Position numbers and translations under genes: made by a program. The notes beneath the pieces are model-generated. The model was not told the DNA's origin. It searched no databases and saw only the letters and a program-made list of their open reading frames with translations. A stretch of DNA of 38,100 nt from positions 1 through 38,100 of the IMG/VR virus record IMGVR_UViG_3300025084_002858. One strand, 5' to 3'. Below, in pieces: positions 34,963-38,100 of the stretch. Origin of the DNA: a virus. Taxonomy: Duplodnaviria > Caudoviricetes. Within the stretch, counting starts at the first letter, position 1. The number at the start of each line of letters is the position of its first letter.

Positions 34963-35771
34963 TGATTCCAGAAATACGGTTAGGTAATATTGATATTGGA
35001 ATTAATCAAGTTAGTAATTTGATTATTAATGATACGCCTGACTGGTTGAAAACTCCATCACATGCAATACCAATTTACCCACCCGTGACTACACAGGTGG
35101 GTATTCCTATTGTTAATATACCAGGGTGTGTTGAGTCCCATAGGGATAGTGGTGAGAATCAAACACTGAAGGATGAAGATAAGGATGGTGTTCAAACATT
35201 CTGTGATGCTGGAACTCCTAATTTTTATCCTATTGATTATGATCCGAATAAGTTAGAGTTGACAACAGAGGCACCACCACCTCCACCTATGAAATCTCCT
35301 GAGAAAGAAGAGGATACTAAAACAGATACCGAAGCACCAGCACCACCTAAGACGGATACTGCATTAGCAGAGTGTCCTACAAGAGAGCAACAGTTAAAGA
35401 ATCCTGTAGGAAAAGTATTACAAAACAATAAAAAGATAGTCAGGTATGAGACAGTAGGAAAAGAATGTCTCCCTGTATTTGAGAATTTAAATATACCAGA
35501 TCAGATTATTGCCAACTTACCATCACCAGGTGCTGTAACTGTTACCGCCTCAATTGCTGTAGTCGCGACGACATCTGCACTGCTCGCAAAGCCTCTTGCT
35601 GATCTTTTGTTAAAGGTTGTGAAACCGACTGTGAAGAAGGTAATGAAGAAGATTGCGACCTTACGGGGTAAGACGCCCCCTGTATTGTCTGCGTCTGAGA
35701 GGAAGGCGGAGCAACGGGATCGGAATCGGGCGATAAAGATTTTACGGTCGGCACTGAAACCGAAGGGATAG
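34962..35771 (+). CDS. Pro-rich membrane-associated hypothetical protein
   Basis: Cys pairs, Pro-rich linker, hydrophobic TASIAVVATTSALLA, basic tail. Confidence 0.7.
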   Translation: MIPEIRLGNIDIGINQVSNLIINDTPDWLKTPSHAIPIYPPVTTQVGIPIVNIPGCVESHRDSGENQTLKDEDKDGVQTFCDAGTPNFYPIDYDPNKLELTTEAPPPPPMKSPEKEEDTKTDTEAPAPPKTDTALAECPTREQQLKNPVGKVLQNNKKIVRYETVGKECLPVFENLNIPDQIIANLPSPGAVTVTASIAVVATTSALLAKPLADLLLKVVKPTVKKVMKKIATLRGKTPPVLSASERKAEQRDRNRAIKILRSALKPKG

Positions 35772-36840
35772 AGTGGCGATGTTGCTTAACTGTATTGACA
35801 TTTTGAACTAAAACGTCTGCACATATTTTAAAGTAAGGACTTCTGGGGTGGAAACTGATTCCCCTCTGCATAAGTTCGCCACAGTTCTTAAGACGAGCTA
35901 TCTCAAAGTCTAATCTTTTATTAGCAAGCATCTGTCCTTGTAAAGCAATCTGAGTTTCTGCTGCTTGCTTACAACGTTCTTGTAGTCCACCATCAAGTGG
36001 GAAAGAAAGTGTTGCAGATAAACCAAGACTAGTGCTGTAATTTCTAGTGTCACCAGTTCTTACTGGTTTTTTCCAGAGTTCCTGTCCTGGATTGTCTGGT
36101 ACTCCATCTCCTGTCATTTCCATAACAGTGATAGGCATATCTGCACCATCTTCATAGGCACGAACAGTCTCACCTGCGGAGTTTGTATATGTTCTATCAT
36201 CATAATGTTCAGACCAAGGCCAGTTCTTTACATTCTTTGTAACTTCTACTAACTGACCTTCAAAATCTCTTCCATCATATTGAGGTTCCATGTAATGTGT
36301 CTCAAATGGATCCTTCTCATTACGAGCATGAGTAATGAATGGTGTGATATTAGCAGTCGGTCCTTGACATGCAATACCACCACCGTATTGATTTGTAATA
36401 TATGGTCCTTGTAAAACCTGAATGGCTTGGTTAGTAACCGAGCCTGAACTATTTGCGATTGGGTTTGCTGTTGCACTTACACCCCCGACATCTGCTGCAT
36501 GAGCAGGGGCAGTTACAACCGCAGTCAGAACAGATAGACATAATGTTTTTACTGTGTAAAGATACTTGTTGTGTCTGTGATGCTTGTTACGTCCGTAACT
36601 CTTTGAATTACAGTTTGATTCGTTACACCCGGTCCCATGTAGGTCTGAGTGAACTGGAATGCTGCTCCTGGTTCTGCGATTGTGAAACTCTGTCCATTTA
36701 AATCGAGACCAGAGTTGGCGCTTGTTACTTGCCCCTCTGTTCCTCCTAATGGATTCACTATCACTGAGTTGGTTGTTGGGTTTGGACTGAGGGATTGTCC
36801 CCCGTTGGTCACGTTTGTTCCCGATACTGAATATTGCCAT
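35542..36840 (-). CDS. Secreted/membrane hypothetical protein; start uncertain; overlaps genes at both ends
   Basis: 432-aa open frame; internal signal-like segment LCLSVLTAVVTAPAHAA; SGSVTNQAIQVLQG and RLDFEIARLKNC blocks. Confidence 0.7.
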   Translation of the reverse strand: MAIFSIGNKRDQRGTIPQSKPNNQLSDSESIRRNRGASNKRQLWSRFKWTEFHNRRTRSSIPVHSDLHGTGCNESNCNSKSYGRNKHHRHNKYLYTVKTLCLSVLTAVVTAPAHAADVGGVSATANPIANSSGSVTNQAIQVLQGPYITNQYGGGIACQGPTANITPFITHARNEKDPFETHYMEPQYDGRDFEGQLVEVTKNVKNWPWSEHYDDRTYTNSAGETVRAYEDGADMPITVMEMTGDGVPDNPGQELWKKPVRTGDTRNYSTSLGLSATLSFPLDGGLQERCKQAAETQIALQGQMLANKRLDFEIARLKNCGELMQRGISFHPRSPYFKICADVLVQNVNTVKQHRHSIPSVSVPTVKSLSPDSDPVAPPSSQTQTIQGASYPVRSQSSSLPSSQSVSQPLTKDQQEALRAVQMSSRLQQLRR

Positions 36841-37019
36841 CCTGTTGCATAGTCTATAGAGTTAATCGTTTCAGTCACCTTCGACGTTGTTTCCGTGTGA
36901 CTTGTCATCGAGCCCTGTGTGAAGTTTGGGACCACGGGGACCGCCTGGGCAGGAGCAAGTATGACACTTGCACCCACCACACTCATTACATACCAAAAGA
37001 TTATCCTTCCAGAAGTCAT
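36549..37019 (-). CDS. Secreted T/S-rich hypothetical protein
   Basis: Signal peptide ending AQA-VPVVPNF; GGAGG SD upstream. Confidence 0.75.
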   Translation of the reverse strand: MTSGRIIFWYVMSVVGASVILAPAQAVPVVPNFTQGSMTSHTETTSKVTETINSIDYATGWQYSVSGTNVTNGGQSLSPNPTTNSVIVNPLGGTEGQVTSANSGLDLNGQSFTIAEPGAAFQFTQTYMGPGVTNQTVIQRVTDVTSITDTTSIFTQ

Positions 37020-37038
37020 GTTTTCTGACCTCCATTAT

Positions 37039-37533
37039 TTAGTGTAGAATCGAGAGCTCGCTGACAAATTGACCAGTAGCATTTGTACCAGCTCCACCAG
37101 CAGTCAAAGTAATAGCACCGTTGGTTCCAATAGTACCAGCTAAAGAACCAGCAGTTCCTGCAGTTGTGGATGTAATGTTACCGAAGTTTGCAACATCACC
37201 AACAGTGACTGCACTGGTTGGAATTGCATCAGCCTGTGTATAAGACTGAGAGAAACTAAAAGCGTTTCCTGGAGTGTCTTGAGTGGCAGCAATAGTACCT
37301 GGAGAATAAACACCAGAAGTAATTGCACCAGTAGAAATTGTATTAACTGTTGTTCCGTCAGTAGTATCTACGCCGTTGCCTGAGATTGAGAATGTACTAC
37401 CTAGTCTTGTGACATTAGTAGCAGCAGCATCAACGGTTAATTGAACACTAGAAGATAGTTTATGAGTAAGAGCACCTGCATTCGCTGCTGATGCTGTCAT
37501 CAATATCATTATGAAAGGTAGAAACCTATTCAT
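37039..37533 (-). CDS. Secreted T/S/G/A-rich beta-type hypothetical protein
   Basis: Signal peptide ending ANA; CTAAATA late-like box on the minus strand at 37561-37567. Confidence 0.75.
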   Translation of the reverse strand: MNRFLPFIMILMTASAANAGALTHKLSSSVQLTVDAAATNVTRLGSTFSISGNGVDTTDGTTVNTISTGAITSGVYSPGTIAATQDTPGNAFSFSQSYTQADAIPTSAVTVGDVANFGNITSTTAGTAGSLAGTIGTNGAITLTAGGAGTNATGQFVSELSILH

Positions 37534-37609
37534 AGATAAACCGAGAAGGGTATGTATATGTATTTAGAGAGATGTTGTTTACGAAATAAATTATTGTTCA
37601 CGATAATAC

Positions 37610-37638
37610 TTGACACATAACTAAAGTGTCACTAGGAT
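37610..37638 (+). promoter_or_regulatory. Sigma70-type promoter (distal, upstream of psbA)
   Basis: TTGACA-N17-TAGGAT with a TGACAC/GTGTCA inverted repeat. Confidence 0.5.
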
Positions 37639-37739
37639 AGGTTTGTTAGGTTTGGATGAGACTTTAACAAAAAATCTCCTAGTAGGTTGCTCAGGACAGA
37701 AAAGAAAGTGGATACGTCCAGGACCAGGTGGTTAAAGGG

Positions 37740-37773
37740 TTGACAGGACGAGAAAACCGTAGTATTATAAATA
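37740..37773 (+). promoter_or_regulatory. Overlapping sigma70-type and late promoters of psbA
   Basis: TTGACA-N17-TATTAT overlapping TATAAATA (37766-37773). Confidence 0.8.
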
Positions 37774-37816
37774 AGTCGAGAGGTTAAGGAACCAACACAT
37801 TTCTTAACTGTTCGTT

Positions 37817-37916
37817 ACACCCCGCAAACCAAGACCTATAGGGTGTCTAAATCACGTCTTTAATACCTGCCTCTGAGGGTGAGACAGGAATATTTTACCA
37901 GTGTTTCCCTGCACTT
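37817..37916 (+). ncRNA. PhotoRC-II-like cis-regulatory RNA in the psbA leader
   Basis: Interleaved ACACCC/GGGTGT and AAGAC/GTCTT pairings, CCTG/CAGG hairpin with GAGGG loop, and TTCCCT loop; position directly before psbA. Confidence 0.7.
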
Positions 37917-37936
37917 ATATCTAACCCTTTTTCAAA

Positions 37937-38100
37937 ATGGCTTCAACTCTTTCAAGGCAACAATCAACCTCATCGTGGGAATCTTTCTGCGAGTGGGTAA
38001 CTTCTACCAATAACCGCCTCTATGTCGGTTGGTTCGGCGTACTGATGATTCCAACTCTGTTGGCAGCAACCATCTGTTTCATCGTCGCCTTCGTCGCTGC
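37937..38100 (+). CDS. psbA: Photosystem II D1 protein (5' part)
   Basis: MASTLSRQQ...[32 protein letters not shown]. Confidence 0.98.
   Translation, partial: MASTLSRQQSTSSWESFCEWVTSTNNRLYVGWFGVLMIPTLLAATICFIVAFVA

Noticed and set aside
36450-36545. Short Cys-rich minus-strand ORF (MSICSDCGCNCPCSC...) resembling a metallothionein
   Set aside because: Out-of-frame by-product of Ala/Val codons in the 432-aa gene; no SD; not supportable.

Overview
A 38.1-kb segment of a T4-like marine cyanophage (cyanomyovirus; host probably Synechococcus, inferred from psbA/hli/ndhP-like genes and tRNAs with U-starting anticodons). From left to right: (1) K/E-rich putative internal head proteins and a virion protein; (2) gp61 primase, nrdA, nrdB and a GIY-YIG nuclease; (3) a tRNA/small-ORF region with six tRNAs, an internally deleted tRNA remnant, an NdhP-like mini-protein and several structured non-coding segments, including a manA-like RNA of three repeated pseudoknots interrupted by a late-promoter ORF; (4) a 15.7-kb, 21-gene sugar-nucleotide/glycosyltransferase island with an RpiB-nucleotidyltransferase fusion, PfkB kinase, AraD, cupins, transaldolase and NadE; (5) a porin-like gene, two hli genes and a run of membrane/secreted proteins (lysozyme-like lipoprotein, HExxH protein, SNase nuclease), including a minus-strand gene overlapped by other genes at both ends; (6) a PhotoRC-II-like leader and the 5' end of psbA. 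Family assignments come from motif recognition by eye; no database search was run.
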